Positions 26,700 to 40,551 are shown, counted from the whole stretch's first letter. The stretch is 63,901 nt of DNA, filler included, from Octopus bimaculoides (GCF_001194135.2; 9 parts of 7 records of this genome joined end to end with filler, not necessarily neighbours in it), one strand, 5' to 3'. Numbers and translations are program-made. The notes: generated from the sequence alone by a model not told the origin.

Positions 26700-28556
26700 A
26701 TGACGATCGTTGTTACCAGTTGAAAAGGAACTATATTCAGATAGATAAAGGAAGCGTCGGCAATCATATTCGGTGTGAAAAAATTCCATAGATTTATTCA
26801 TGGAAGAAATTTCTGTCTACAAACGGATCATCGCCCACTATTAATAATACACCATTCTAAAAAAGGAATACCAACACACACAAATAAATTACAACAATGG
26901 GGCACTACAATATTGAATTATGACTACAAAATGAAATATTTCCTGTAAAAATAAAACTAGGGCATGCGGAGATTTTTGTCGAGACTGATACTGAAACACT
27001 AGGAGCCATTCGAACATACGGTAATCGCAGCTTTAAGAGCAGAAAGAGAAATAAATAATGTAATGTGGAATGTGGCACGCGAATTACCGGTAGCCCGAGA
27101 AGACATAAAGTGAAAGGCGGTAAATTACAAATTCGTAACAGAAGTAAAAGGAACACTGGTCAGGAAAAGTAAATAGGAACAGGATTAGAGCGAAACGAAA
27201 CCAAGCCTGAATCTATTCTCAGTTTGTAATGGCGTACTGAGGTATGTGTAGAGAGTAGTGATGCCGAAAACACTATAAACGAAAATGTTGAGGAAATTTC
27301 ATGTTGGATATTTCGAGGATGAAAGCTTTAATGCGTAGCAACGTGTACATGCCAAAATGGATAGAGAAATCGAAAATTTAGTGAAAAGCTGTATAAGATG
27401 TATTCCAGCAGCAAAGTTACCGACGATAAAAAACTGAACCTTGGCCAAAAGTGCATGTTCCGTGGTCGAGACTACACATCGACTACACTGGTCTTTTAAA
27501 CAGTTCATAATATTTAGAGGTAGTTGATAGTTTCTCTAAATGGCCAGAAATTTGGAGCTATAAGTAACCAACCTCCTCAACTATGACAAATATTTTGCAT
27601 GATCTGTTTGCGAGATTTGGCGTCCCAGATGCAATATTGTCTAACAATAGAACACATTTTGTGCAACATTACCGGTAGAACATGTAACTACGGCGCCACA
27701 CCATCTAGATCTAACGGACAGACAGAACGCTTTGCAGAAACATTCAAGAGAGCCCTAACACAGTTGATTAAGGAAGTCACGGATGAGGTAGCTGAACAAC
27801 AATTCTTCAGAGTATATCGTGTGTAACCAAATCCAAATACACCAGCAGCTATGTCACCAGCGGTGCTGATATTTGCAAGGAAAGTAAAAACTATCTGCGA
27901 CAAATTGCTAGTAAGAAAAGAGAAATTGCAAGGGAAAATACAACAAGATTTTTCAAAACTAGCAAAAAGTTATTTGTGTGGACATATAAGAATGGAAAAC
28001 AGCGTTGGGAAGATGGCGTGATTACCAAACGATAGGAAAAATGCTATACTTGGTAAAAAGTAGAAAATGCGTATACAAGAGACTCGGAAACCAACTGAAA
28101 CAAAAAAGAAAGATTCGTTGAGAGCAAACCCAAGAGGATGGTTATATGGTACTTTTCAAGTACCAACGCCACTACAGGTTGTTGAACCCAGACAGAGTCG
28201 CGTATAAAAAAGAAAATCTACGGAGTTCCTGGAAGTGGATGCCAAGTGCAAAAAAAAAAGTGTAACTAAGAGAAACAAAACTTTAAGAAAGAGAAGTGGG
28301 GTGAAATGAAAAATGTTGCTATTAAAAGAAATAAAATGACACTCCCAAAGAAAAGAAAGAAAAACTTAAAAGGGGAGATGTGGAGATAATAGTAATAATG
28401 GTACACCCCTCCCACGTGACGAGTGGATATGCTCGTCGCTATAAACAAAGTGACGTCGGTCAGTATAGGGAAAGAGTACGAAGTAGATGTTCTTACATTA
28501 TTTACATTATTTACACTGGACGGATATACGTCCTCATCTTGTTTGTTGTTACCACA
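26700..28556 (+). mobile_element. Gypsy/Ty3 LTR retrotransposon 3' remnant (RNase H, integrase, PPT, 3' LTR)
   Basis: Frameshifted pol motifs: IIFGVKKFHRFIHGRNFCLQTDHRPLL, PWSRLHIDY, VVDSFSKWPE, HDLFARFGVPD, SNGQTERFAETFKRAL. Polypurine tract AAAAGGGGAGA at 28368-28378 is followed by a putative LTR TGTGG...CCACA (28379-28556). Confidence 0.9.
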
Positions 28557-28869
28557 ACTTTTAGGCTGATTTACTCTCCAGCCTGCGTTAGGTATTCTGG
28601 CAGAATTTTGAACCGAACCTTGCGTTCGCATTCCTAAGGTATTTTTTGCTGATGTTACTATGCACACGGGCATATAGCGTACTAATAATAATAAAAGATG
28701 AGGACACATATCCGTCCAATGTAAATAATGTAAATAATTTACAGAATTCCTCATCTCAAAAATATAAAATGCACCTTCTTAGATAGTTTTTTTACTGGTC
28801 TAACACTTAAACTGCAATGCCAGAGTGGAAGTAATAACAATCCGTCATTAACGATTACAACATGTACAT

Positions 28870-28919
<50 letters not shown>

Positions 28920-28945
28920 ACACACACACACACACAGATATATAC

Positions 28946-29006
<61 letters not shown>

Positions 29007-29869
29007 TACAGATATATACACGCACACACACACATATGAAAATGCACATGCACACAGACATACATACACGAAAATGTGCTACGGAAAATAACTGTTACGT
29101 TCTTCAACAAACACGAATCCAATCGAATAAATTAAATACAATATAAGCTCTCAATTTATTGAAATCATTTCTGCTTTCAGGGAAATTGCCTGATAGCGAC
29201 ACGACTCAACTTCAAATCAGAAGGAGAAATAATTGCTACAATTAAGAATTCTGTTGATAAAGGAAATAAAGAATTATTTTAGAATTCTTGATTCTTGAGA
29301 TTCTATTCCTCTCTCAAATTTGAATTAGTCCCAATTGCCACTAGATGAATGCATTACCTTCTCTGGAAGCAGAAAAAATTTCAATACATCAATAATATAT
29401 ATTTTATATTATTAGATTATTAAATTTATTCGCTCTTATTCTTCAACTTCTTACAAGTAACTATGTCGATGATATTTCACTGTGTTTTCTATAATATACA
29501 TAATTCTTACATTCGTATACAAGTACACATATCTTTCTCTTTTATCGTTTACTTCTTTCACTCGTTAGACTACAGCCATCCTGGGGCACCGACTTAAAGA
29601 ATTTTTAGGGGAATGAATCGATCCGATTATTATCTCTTCTTTTAAGGCTGGTACCTATTCCATCGGTCATTTTGCAGAACCACTGTCTTAGGGGAACGCA
29701 AGCACACCAGCACTGGTTGTCAAGCGTTGGAAGAGGAGAAACAAAAACATAAACACACACATATATACAACGGACTCTTCGGACATAGCAAAGATAAATA
29801 CTATACTGAAAGAATATCAGGAATTTACATGAGCACTCATAAACCAGGATAAGTCAGTAGGTCTGCAAC

Positions 29870-30760
29870 TAGGCTCTTTGAGAGGCAGCTCGACTAGCTG
29901 CTATTTCTGTCGCTGGACGGAGGTTCCGGTGAAAGTGCTCCGAGTCTGGTTCTGACCAGATCTCCAGGTAGAGAGAAACTGGGAACAGGCTATGACTAGG
30001 GTGGCCAAGATTTCTATAGGGGTCTAATTGAGGGTATGAGTGATGATGGCTTAGTATTGAATGTAGGCATCGACCGGAACAGTTTGCCTAGTCTCTTCCA
30101 AAGTAATTTCGGGTCGAAGACATCAACAGTTTCCAACAGTATTTGGTTTGGCAGTGATACAGAGAGAAATGGCCCGTTCGAGACAAGCTCTTCAGGCAAG
30201 GAAACGGCAACAGTCAAACCTGCCCGAGATGCTTGCAAGGGGACGACATTGTCCTGCATGCAATAATTCAGTATCAGTGCATTAGAAAGTTGTGGGATTG
30301 TGTGGAGCAGCATTTGTCTCTGAATTCAGCAAACTCAGCTGTCTACCGTATGTATTGTGAAGATCGACGCACCACCTTCACTTAGCAGAGACAGAAAAGA
30401 AAAGAGGCTGTTAAGTAGATCCGTCTGAAAGGTTTGGAGGCAGGTACATTCCTTCCTATCTAGCCATTTGAAGAGAAAGGTGATGGTGGAGAGGGAGGCG
30501 CTGCCTTCTAGTGTGTTTATCAAAAGTTGTTCGGCAGTGGCAAGTCTGGTGAGACTGAATGGATCTATTCTGAATATGTTTTTCTAAGCAGGAAGAAAGA
30601 AACTAGAGGAGGACTGGCCTTGGTGATGGCAGGTTAATCCGGGATTCTTGTGTGGGGTTTACCACACGTTACTCTATGTGGACTGCCCTGCTATTGGAGA
30701 GTCTATGTATTATTTATGTATTCCTCTACTTTATATTAAATATCCTTTGTTATAGCTTTA
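29870..30760 (+). mobile_element. Tx1/L1-clade LINE 3' fragment (ORF2 C-terminal zf-RVT region)
   Basis: Interrupted reading FQQYLVWQ*YREKWPVRDKLFRQGNGNSQTCPRCLQGD..VLHAIIQ..IRKLWDCVEQ (CxxC...H zinc knuckle) and HLKRKVMVEREAL. Confidence 0.75.
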
Positions 30761-30873
30761 ATGCGGTAGTATCTATTTTTGATTGATTTTAACCTGACAT
30801 GTTTTTGTAATTTTTTTGTGTGCTGTTACTCGACCTTTGATATTGTCCTCCATGTTCGTGGCCAATAAAATGA

Positions 30874-30944
<71 letters not shown>

Positions 30945-30949
30945 CATCA

Positions 30950-31023
<74 letters not shown>

Positions 31024-32332
31024 GTTGTTGTTGTTGTTGTTGTTTGAGAGAAGAGTGAATGCTATCAACGTGACACTAGGATAAAATATACGAAGTCCAG
31101 TATATCCATCATGACTACCCATCTGATAAGGGTGCACTAGGCACGTGCATCGCAACCATGTGCAGGACATAATGATCTCATATCAAGATAAACAGCGCAT
31201 GACCTGGCAGTTGGGGCCCAGTTAGAATTTTCTTCAGGTCGAGTAGCCCATCCTGTGCAAAAGATCCCTGAATAAGGGTTGTTGAAGGACGTTGAACGAA
31301 ACACCCATGTTTCCAAAGATGACTTGTCTAAACACCAAAAAATTCCTCAAACACATGGCTATGATGCTCCTCCACTACTTCCGCTCGTGATCAGAGATAC
31401 ACATATCATCAGCCACTAAGGGTCATGCTCAACTGGTTAAGGTCAAACAACTGATAAGCCACTCTATATTATTGAGCAGAACACTTCCAATTAGTTAAGT
31501 CTTAACTGATTCCCGAAGTAGGACGCATGCCCCAGCGGTGGAGCATGACAATATTTTGGTGGGGCATGGTAATATTTTGGTGAGGCATGCGTAGGGTTAT
31601 GCTGAATTTTTATACCCTTTGTACACAGATCTTTTATAACTTTTGTAGACAGACCTTATTTATAAGATCTGATGTTACTAAAGAAGGAATAGGTTATTTC
31701 CTTCGATTTAGAGGTACGTGAAAATCTGTAGGTAATTAAAAACGCGTATGCGTGTGTAGTGTTTGTTTGTTTGTGCGTGTGTGTGTGTGTGTGTAGGCGT
31801 GCGTGTATGTAGTATAGAACTGGTCAGTATTGAAAGCAATGCTATCTTAATTCCCTATGGAGAAATAAACTGGAAACAGACTTATGTGTGCGGGTGTGTC
31901 TCAGAGTATTAACTCTTTTATCTCTGGCGACAAAAGATCTAGGTACGAAAGAAAAAATGTGATGCTGCGGAGTGTTAATAGGGCAATTAATGGCGATGAC
32001 GGTGAGGAACAAAAGACTTGAATATTGTGAAATGGGTTGAACCGCTGAACCGCTAGTTTACGGGGACATCAACAAACCATTACTAGTTGTAAAGTGTTGA
32101 CTGGTGTGTTAACACAGACACAAAGTTCCGCGCACACACACACACACACGCGGACACACACAGGCAAACATACAAACAGATATAAACCTACACACGTGCA
32201 TGGATACACACACACATACACATACACATACATATAGATAGTGAGATAGATAGATAGACAGACAGACAGATAGCTAGCTAGCTAGCTTGCTAGATAGATC
32301 CATCCATCCATACATGCATATTTGGGCATGTG

Positions 32333-32433
<101 letters not shown>

Positions 32434-34279
32434 GCGTGCGCGCGCGTATGTGCGTGTGTACGGCGGACTGCTAAACAGATTCTGCCAACCAAATTTACTC
32501 ACATGGCATTTGTCGGCTCGTGAGTATATAGTAGGACACCATTGCTGAAAGTGGATCGTAGTGGGACTGAACATGAAACCAGGTGGCTACAAAGCTAGAT
32601 TCTGAATCACAAATGTATGCCTTCGCATTCTGAAATTTTCTCTCCAAAATTTTATACTTTCAAAATATCAAAAAAAAACATAGAAGTAAAAGTGAAAGAT
32701 AAGTTAAAATTCAAAAGCTTCCATGGTGAATACGTCCTCTTTGACTTCATAACATTCGTCGAACAGAGACAAGTCTATAGCAACAAAAAAACTTTGTTCC
32801 AAATCATCATCACTACATCCAACAAGATCGCAAGGAAAAAACAATATGAACAATAACTATCTAAACTTATCTAACCACCATATTATGTTGATGTACAGAC
32901 TTAAATAGAGAAAACGCCATGTATATACGAAAACTTCTAATATCATAAATGCAACACAGCAAAGGGTGTTGAAAGAAAGTTCATATTAACATGACATCAT
33001 AATACTCTGTTGATTCGATATACCCTGAAATGTAATTTCAACATGTTTTTCCTGGATTAGAGTCTATGTCGAAATACTTAGTGCTAACCATTCATACACA
33101 TTCATAAATCAACACTCACATATACACTTACATATCTATGTATGCATACATTTCTGTCTTTGCTACTTGTATATTTATACATAACAATACATGCCTATAT
33201 GCATATTTACATACATACCTTATATTAATGTGTCTATTTGTGTGTTTGTGTGTATGGAAATATATAGTGCTAACTATCTACACATATTCATAAACTCGCG
33301 CAAGTGGGTACACACACACACACACCCACACACGCGCACACACACACACATACACATATATCTGCGCATTTAGGAATTTTTGTGCTTTTTTTCTATGTAT
33401 ATAGTACACATAGACGCATGCTTATATGCATATCCACGTACATACTTTTATATGTACATATATAAATTTACACTTACATATATATATGCATGTACCTGAT
33501 GTGACACAGACTGCACAGATTGATGTAACATGATTAGATGCGCAAAATCTTACCCATAACGCTCAGTTTCAGGATAGGTCGAAACTGCGTCGTATTCAAT
33601 AAAGACTTGTGCTAAATCTATCTTCTGTTTCCTTCTTCAATTATTATTATTATATTTATAGATACACGCACACATACACACATGCTTATCTATGTGTTTG
33701 TGTGGTGTGTATGTGTGTTTCTGCATATGAATATTATTATGCGTGTTTATAAATATGCACACACGTACAGATATTTCAGCGAATATTCGATGAATTCGAG
33801 CTGCGGAAATGAATATCATTATCACCAATACTAAATCCATCACTGTTCCCCTATAGCAGCACATTTTAGTATCAACAAACAACAAAACGAACATTATGAC
33901 AAGTATGACAGTATATGACATCATCTCTATTATATCTTCTAAGTGGACAGACTATCAGAAGCCATAGCATTAGAGAAATATGTGAAAGCTGTTTGGGGCT
34001 TTATAGAAAGAAAAATCACTGACAGAATAGCCACGGCACGTGAAGTTTAAAAACATACGCAAGAAAGATATTTTAAATTTTTTGTATTCATGTGTATAGT
34101 CGAAAATACAAGCTTGTTGAAAGGCTCATATATACACAAATCGAGAGTTGCCTGACGGAAGAATAGAGACAGAACGTCTTCGTTACATTCGCTACCAAAT
34201 ATGAGCTGCTTGATCTTAGAGTCGCTTCAAAGAGTTAGGCTAGAAACCACACAATGAACCTCATAGAATACAGTTCGTA

Positions 34280-35050
34280 GTAACCTGAATGTGAAGGAGA
34301 TGGAAGCTTGTGGTAGTTCTAGGAGAGGAGTCAGACGACAATATCATTAAATTACGAAATTTCCCGTAAGAGAGAAGTTCAGGGATTGGAACGGATGTTT
34401 TAGATTAAACAAGGTAGAAAATGCAACTGATTATCAAAAACAAGATAACCATACTGACCACTCCACAGCTATTTGAGTGTATATGCTAGCGAGAACGTGT
34501 AAAAATACTGTAAACACATTTTTGACAAATCAAAACATTCAAAACCTAGTGACCGGTTTTCTCTGATATCCCACTTTTTACGTGAAACAATTCGTTGAGA
34601 ATATGCAGATATCTACGATATTTATGAGGTGAACGGGCATTGAACATGTAAGGTGCTTGTAATCTGAACGGTCGGCTACACAGACCATAAATTTGTGACA
34701 TGCTCAGTCGACTCAGAGACAACTAAAACAAGCAGTCGCTTGCTGGAAATTGAATGCATCGATCCCGGCACGCAAACCTGTAGTGTTCCGATTAGAGAAA
34801 TAGCGAAATGACGTTTGAATGGGCCAATCGTCAACGTCCGGTAAGAAGATTGACGATAATGTTATGGAAATCGTGGAAGCACATGAGAATCAAGTAGCTG
34901 ATGCATTAAACAGAACTTGCAGCACTAGAACTTCGGACATCTTACGGAAATTTCGGTTGAAACTTTACTGTGATGAATTGCAAGTTCAAGTTGAACAGCA
35001 CGGAAGATTTCTCAGTTCAGTCCGACATATGCAGGTAACATTGAAAACAG
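34280..35050 (+). mobile_element. Degenerate Tx1/L1-type endonuclease remnant
   Basis: Motifs GYTDHKFVTC (from 34674) and WKLNAS (from 34744), typical of the end of the L1/Tx1 APE domain. Many stops. Confidence 0.5.
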
Positions 35051-35247
35051 CTCATTTAGCGCGTGAGCATTAATGAATCTTGGTATTTGTAGCACAGTTG
35101 TTGTCACATATAGGACTGATCCGTCTATCAGTGTTGCTGGTTTCTTCATATTGTGTTATCTTCATTAGTTGATCGGGAAGGTAAAGCAGAAACCGCAATT
35201 CGTATGAACTTATTTCATGTTTCAAATGAAGGAGTTCAGGACTGAGT

Positions 35248-35302
<55 letters not shown>

Positions 35303-35776
35303 AGAAAAAGAGATCGAGAGGGAGAGAGAGATGTTCTCCGATAATAGATATAGTGTAAGATGCGTGCGAGTGGTTTATGTAGTCCGAGTAAAGATGACGT
35401 ATCTGAGTATACACGTGCTGGTGGAAACGTTAGACCACCGAAGAAAACGCATTGCAACATTTGTGCGGTTATGTGTGTACTATGTTCTACTGCGTGGTTA
35501 TTTTGCTAAGGTTACAATATCTGTAGAAGTAACCTTAACAAAATTCTGATTTCAAGATTCTTCAGCGCTAACTTCATACTTTCGCTACTTGGTCGTGTCG
35601 CCACACCTAGTAGCGGTTTTGGGAGAGTCTAGAACATTCATTCGTGATATGGCCACTAGTTTCATCCATTCTATTGCAGATGCGGCACAGCGGAAACACT
35701 TGCTCATTCTTAAGGTTGACTCTCCAGATCATGGCCAAAAGCTAGATCCTGTGCTGCCATGTTGTTGTTGTTTTTA

Positions 35777-35835
<59 letters not shown>

Positions 35836-35985
35836 TTATGTTTGACATTTGTTTTGCATTTGTACAAGTTGGATCCAAGTCTCACCCACAGACCTCAAGA
35901 GACAACAAGTTAGAAGTTCATGTAGATGTTATGCCTAGGGTACCATATATTTGGATTTCTACAGTTTTGTTCTAGTGAATGTTTA

Positions 35986-36085
35986 NNNNNNNNNNNNNNN
36001 NNNNNNNNNNNNNNNNNNNNNNNNNNNNNTTAATTAATTAANNNNNNNNNNNNNNNNNNNNNNNNNNNNNNNNNNNNNNNNNNNN
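35986..36085. other. Artificial scaffold-joining linker
   Basis: 44 N + TTAATTAATTAA + 44 N. Confidence 0.95.
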
Positions 36086-36345
36086 TTTTAGCCCCTTCAC
36101 CAGAAAATATATCTGGACCAGCTTCCAGCTAAAATCCTTATTTTTAGCCTCTTCACCTACACATGAAAATATATGTGGGCCAGCTTCCAGCTAAAATCCT
36201 TAATTTTAGCCCCTTCACCAGAAAATATATCTGGGCCAGCTTCCAGCTAAAATCCTTAATTTTAGCCCCTTCACCTTCACCAGAAAATATATCTGGGCCA
36301 GCTTCTAGCTAAAATCCTTAATTTTAGCCTCTTCACCTACATATC
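36086..36345. repeat. Minisatellite, 56-62-bp unit, about 4.5 copies, in the intron upstream of the CTSA exon at 36442
   Basis: Unit TTTTAGCCCCTTCACCAGAAAATATATCTGGGCCAGCTTCCAGCTAAAATCCTTAA repeated from the scaffold start. Confidence 0.92.
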
Positions 36346-36441
36346 TGCTCCTCATTTATTCCACTATAAAGGACCTTTCCTGAAGCCTTGGGTCCTCCTC
36401 TTTTGTTGTACAACTGACACCAGTTTATTTTACTGTTACAG

Positions 36442-36517
36442 CAACATAGTCAGCCAAAGCTACAAACGACTTTACAGCACCATGTTTTTACAGTACCTGA
36501 AGGTCATCGCTGCAAAA
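36442..36517 (+). CDS. CTSA: Cathepsin A (lysosomal protective protein) internal exon: NIVSQSYKRLYSTMFLQYLKVIAAK
   Basis: ttacag acceptor, AAA|gtaagt donor, 76 bp (phase 2 to 0). Similar to human CTSA [27 protein letters not shown]. Upstream exons are absent because the scaffold starts at 36086. Confidence 0.88.
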
Positions 36518-36553
36518 GTAAGTGTTTGTTATTATGTCATTATAGAGTATATG

Positions 36554-36720
36554 TGGAGGCGCAATGGCCCAGTGGTTAAGGCAGCAGACTCGCGGTCATA
36601 GGATCGCGGTTTCGATCCCCAGACCGGGCGTTGTGAGTGTTTATTGAGCGTGAAAACACCTAAAAGCTCCACGAGGCTCCAGCAGGGGGACGGTGGCAAA
36701 CCCTGCTGTACTCTTCCACC
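36554..36720 (+). mobile_element. SINE family A, 5' half, in CTSA intron
   Basis: Same tRNA-like head, truncated by an RTE-tail fragment. Confidence 0.85.
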
Positions 36721-37014
36721 ACAATGTAATGATCACCATCATTTAACGTCAGTGTTCCATGCTAGCATGGGTGAGACGGTACCACAAGAGCCAGCCAAGC
36801 CAAAGCCTGCACCAGACATCTGTGACTGTTTTGGCAAAATTTTTACAGCTAACCCTAGTCGCATTTAGAGACATTTGTAATTCTCCATTTTGGCGAAACA
36901 CTGCAAACTACTGTTTATATTAATTTTTATATATATATATATATATATATATTCATGTAAAATATATTGTGTAGATGATATAATGTGTATATAATATATT
37001 TCTTGTATTTACAG

Positions 37015-37101
37015 AAAAGAATCATGTTATATAACGGTGATGTGGATATGGCCTGTAATTTCCTTGGAGATGAATGGTTCCTAAACTCCTTAAAACTAAA
37101 A
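37015..37101 (+). CDS. CTSA: Cathepsin A exon with catalytic Asp: [29 protein letters not shown]
   Basis: tttacag acceptor, gtgagt donor, 87 bp, phase 0-0. Contains the S10 carboxypeptidase motif [12 protein letters not shown](L/M)GDEWF. Confidence 0.96.
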
Positions 37102-37290
37102 GTGAGTATTTCACTTTAACTTTGAAAACAACCCCCAAATTTGTGTCACTGTGCATGTCAATATGACAGACAAACCATATGGAATAAACAAAAATATATT
37201 TTTACCAATTTGGTTTAACCCTTTCATTACTGTATTTCTGTTGAGATGCCTTGTGTTTCTTTCAATTACTTTAAATATTACAAAGAATTT

Positions 37291-37592
37291 GTGGAAGCGC
37301 AATGGCCCAGTGGTTTGGGCAGCGGACTCGCGGTCATAGGATCGCGGTTTCAATTCCCAGACCGAGCGTTGTGAGTGCTTATTGAGCGAAAACACCTAAA
37401 GCTCCACAAGGCTCCGGCAGGGGATGGTGGCGAACCCTGCTGTACTCTTTCGCCACAACTTTCTCTCACTCTTACTTCCTGTTTCTGTTGTGCCTGTAAT
37501 TCAAAGGGTCAGCCTTNNNNNNNNNNGTGCTCAGCCACTTGCACGTTAATTTCATGAGCAGGCTGTTCTTTTGATCGGATCAACTGGAACCC
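37291..37592 (+). mobile_element. SINE family A in CTSA intron
   Basis: Homologous to the 7193 copy, with a small N gap. Confidence 0.88.
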
Positions 37593-37800
37593 TCACAGCT
37601 TTGGTCAGTCCAGGGCTATAGCAGAAGACATTGCTCAAGGTGGGACTGAACCCAAAACTATATGGTTGGGAAGCAAACTTCTCACCACAGCCACGTCTGG
37701 ACCTATATGCCAGATATTAAAAGACTAATTACCAACAACTGTCTTTGGTGCCAAATGAACAGTTCCTCTTCATTTAATAATTTCCATTTTACCCATTCAG

Positions 37801-37905
37801 ATTGTTACACCAAGAAAAGCTTGGCACTATACCAGCAATGATGGTTCCCAACAAGTTGCCGGATTTGTCAAACAGTTTCAAAATGTCACATTTGTTACAG
37901 TTCGG
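37801..37905 (+). CDS. CTSA: Cathepsin A exon: IVTPRKAWHYTSNDGSQQVAGFVKQFQNVTFVTVR
   Basis: cattcag acceptor, CGG|gtgagt donor, 105 bp, phase 0-0. Matches human ...QIAGFVKEFSHIAFLTIK. Confidence 0.95.
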
Positions 37906-38135
37906 GTGAGTTTTCTTCATTTACTTGTTTTTAGTCGTTGAACTGCAGCCATGCCAGTGCATTGCCTTGAAGGACTTTAGTCAAACATATTGACTCCAAT
38001 TCTTACTTTTATGTCTAAGTCTGGTACCTATTGTATTGGTATCTTTGTGTCACATTTTATGTTAAGCATACTTAAATGATTTCTGAACTGAGATGAAGGT
38101 TTTTTCATTACTGTTATGCAGTAATACAGCTTTAA

Positions 38136-38356
38136 CCCTTTAGTGTTTGCATTATGCTGCCAAAATTAATGCTTTTTCATCCACATTGTTTTGAACTAAT
38201 CATGCATTATCTTGTTGCTATGAGATTTTGATGAGGTAGCTGTTAATTTTCAAAATGATATTGTAGGGTTGGTGTGAGAGACCAGATTTGGCCAGTTTGA
38301 ACATAAAACAAGCAGAATACTTTTGGCCGGATATGGCCGGTTTAAATGCTAAAGGG
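38136..38356. mobile_element. piggyBac-type MITE in the last CTSA intron
   Basis: TTAA|CCCTTTAG ... CTAAAGGG|TTAA: inverted termini with a TTAA target duplication, 221 bp. Confidence 0.8.
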
Positions 38357-38752
38357 TTAAGGTTAGCTTTACTAAAGTCAGTGAACAGGCTTCATTCTTT
38401 TGGATCATAGCAAAAGACAATCCTTTCAATCAGGAAAGGCAGAAACATATATCTTCCTCCTGTAAGTAAAATGATGAAAACTCGATGTCAAAAGCAACGG
38501 AGTGCCAACAACAACAAATTGCATTGCACTATGCACAGCAAATATGTGGTGCTCAGTCCCTCCCTCTCTTGCTCTCCATACTAACAGTCAAAACGATACC
38601 TGTACGCAAGTCTAATCATTATGTTTCTACATTGTGGCTCAGGTGTATATTCTCTTTTACTCTTTTACTTGTCTCCATTGCACAGTGCCGTATACTGATA
38701 CCTACAAAGGGTTTTTCTGGTGGTTTTATTTTGTTTTTCTCTTTCTTTCTAG

Positions 38753-38836
38753 GGAGCTGGTCACATGGTACCAACCGATAAACCAATCCCAGCATTTCAA
38801 CTCTTCTCGCATTTCATCAACAACAAACCATTTTAA
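38753..38836 (+). CDS. CTSA: Cathepsin A terminal coding exon with catalytic His: GAGHMVPTDKPIPAFQLFSHFINNKPF*
   Basis: Pyrimidine-rich tttctag acceptor, the GAGHMVPTDKP motif identical to CTSA, and a TAA stop at 38834-38836. Confidence 0.96.
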   Translation, partial: GAGHMVPTDKPIPAFQLFSHFINNKPF

Positions 38837-39412
38837 AATACGTATGAATAACGATATATATCTTTCTCTTTTGAAGCTTTTAAATAGCAAAATTGTGTGT
38901 GAATGTGTGTAAATGACACATATATGTATTGTTNNNNNNNNNNNNNNNNNNNNNNNNNNNNNNNNNNNNNNNNNNNNNNNNNNNNNNNNNNNNNNNNNNN
39001 NNNNNNNNNNNNNNNNNNNNNNNNNNNNNNNNNNNNNNNNNNNNNNNNNNNNNNNNNNNNNNNNNNNNNNNNNNNNNNNNNNNNNNNNNNNNNNNNNNNN
39101 NNNNNNNNNNNNNNNNNNNNNNNNNNNNNNNNNNNNNNNNNNNNNNNNNNNNNNNNNNNNNNNNNNNNNNNNNNNNNNNNNNNNNNNNNNNNNNNNNNNN
39201 NNNNNNNNNNNNNNNNNNNNNNNNNNNNNNNNNNNNNNNNNNNNNNNNNNNNNNNNNATGTATGTATGTTTGTATTTTGTTAACATCATAAGAATTTTAA
39301 AACTTTCAAACCAATACGAGATAATTCTTTTTGGGAATTGTTGAAAGTTATAAATATTACCATGCGACTATTCAACATTTTCCATCCAAAAGGCTCTTTC
39401 AATCCAATATCT

Positions 39413-39459
<47 letters not shown>

Positions 39460-40379
39460 CATATATGTACACATATACACACACATATATACTACCTGTT
39501 TACATTCCACTACTTTCAGTCGTTTGGCTGTAGCCCATGCTGGGGCAATGTCTTAAAGGGTTCTAGTTGATTAAACTGGCTCCTTGTCCTTATCTAATAC
39601 TTATTTAGTCAACCCTATTGTGACACTAGTAATAATAATAATGATAATAATAATATTAAGATCTTGTAAGACCTGTCTACATTTACTTGTGTCCTGGTTA
39701 GGTCACATCCCTCTTTGACCTGCTTAGGTTTTGAACTCAGAACGTACAGGCACATAGCCAAATAAAACAAAGTATTTTGACTGATGCCAAAATTAGAAAT
39801 GACTATGGTTATTATTATTAAGATACCAAGCTGGTGGTAAGTAGTATTCCTTCAAATCAGTACCAGTCACATACTGGGGGTCTATGTAATGAACTTCCTC
39901 CTTCCCTCAAAATAATTGCGGGCCTTGTACCAAAGTTAGAAAGAATTAATATTATTGTTATTAGAGTCCTGAATGGGACACTCAATAGAATGGTGATACA
40001 CTGAAGAAGAATTGGTCTCTTGGAGTCATATTTCTGGCAATAACACCTGTTACGTTCCCCTCCCAGAGACTTTCTTTAAGTTGTAGTCAGGGGTCTCACT
40101 GAAAACTGTCTGTTTTCATTAAGCAGTAATAACAGCAATTAATTCACCTCTTTAGTGCCTTTCTTTAGCCTGTTTGTGACTGTATTTGCTGAGTGTAGAC
40201 TGCCTGTGTTACAATATCTAGATCTGTAACTATATATATATATTCCGGACAATGGACGGGCATTAAAATAATAAAATAACAGTAACAAGCAAGCGAATAA
40301 TATATATATATAGTTATAGTGCTTATTTGGTAAAATAAAAAATAAATAATAAATAAAATGACCATCCCAAAATACAATA

Positions 40380-40410
<31 letters not shown>

Positions 40411-40551
40411 CTAGCAGTATAACCCGACCTTGTCCGGGTGTGACTTATTATGCCATCTACGATAAGTCTTGCTAGCTGAAAGTCAACTAAAAAAGAAAGC
40501 CTTACAACGAAAAAACCCTTATGATGTAAATATGTTCATAATTCAAAAGAC
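40411..40551 (-). mobile_element. Helitron-like 3' terminus
   Basis: The minus strand has hairpin ACCCGG...CGGGT then ATACTGCTAG|T, next to (TA)n. Confidence 0.55.

Noticed and set aside
33637-33924. Hydrophobic minus-strand ORF (MMSYTVILVIMFVLLFV...)
   Set aside because: No recognisable family, weak splice support, and it runs into microsatellite.
36086-36345. CRISPR-like repeat array
   Set aside because: The units are contiguous tandem repeats with no unique spacers and no cas genes, in a eukaryotic context.
40148-40223. Possible 76-bp minus-strand exon (SRYCNTGSLHSANTVTNRLKKGTKE) with ag/gt borders
   Set aside because: No recognisable homology and no in-phase partner exon could be found; it may be chance.
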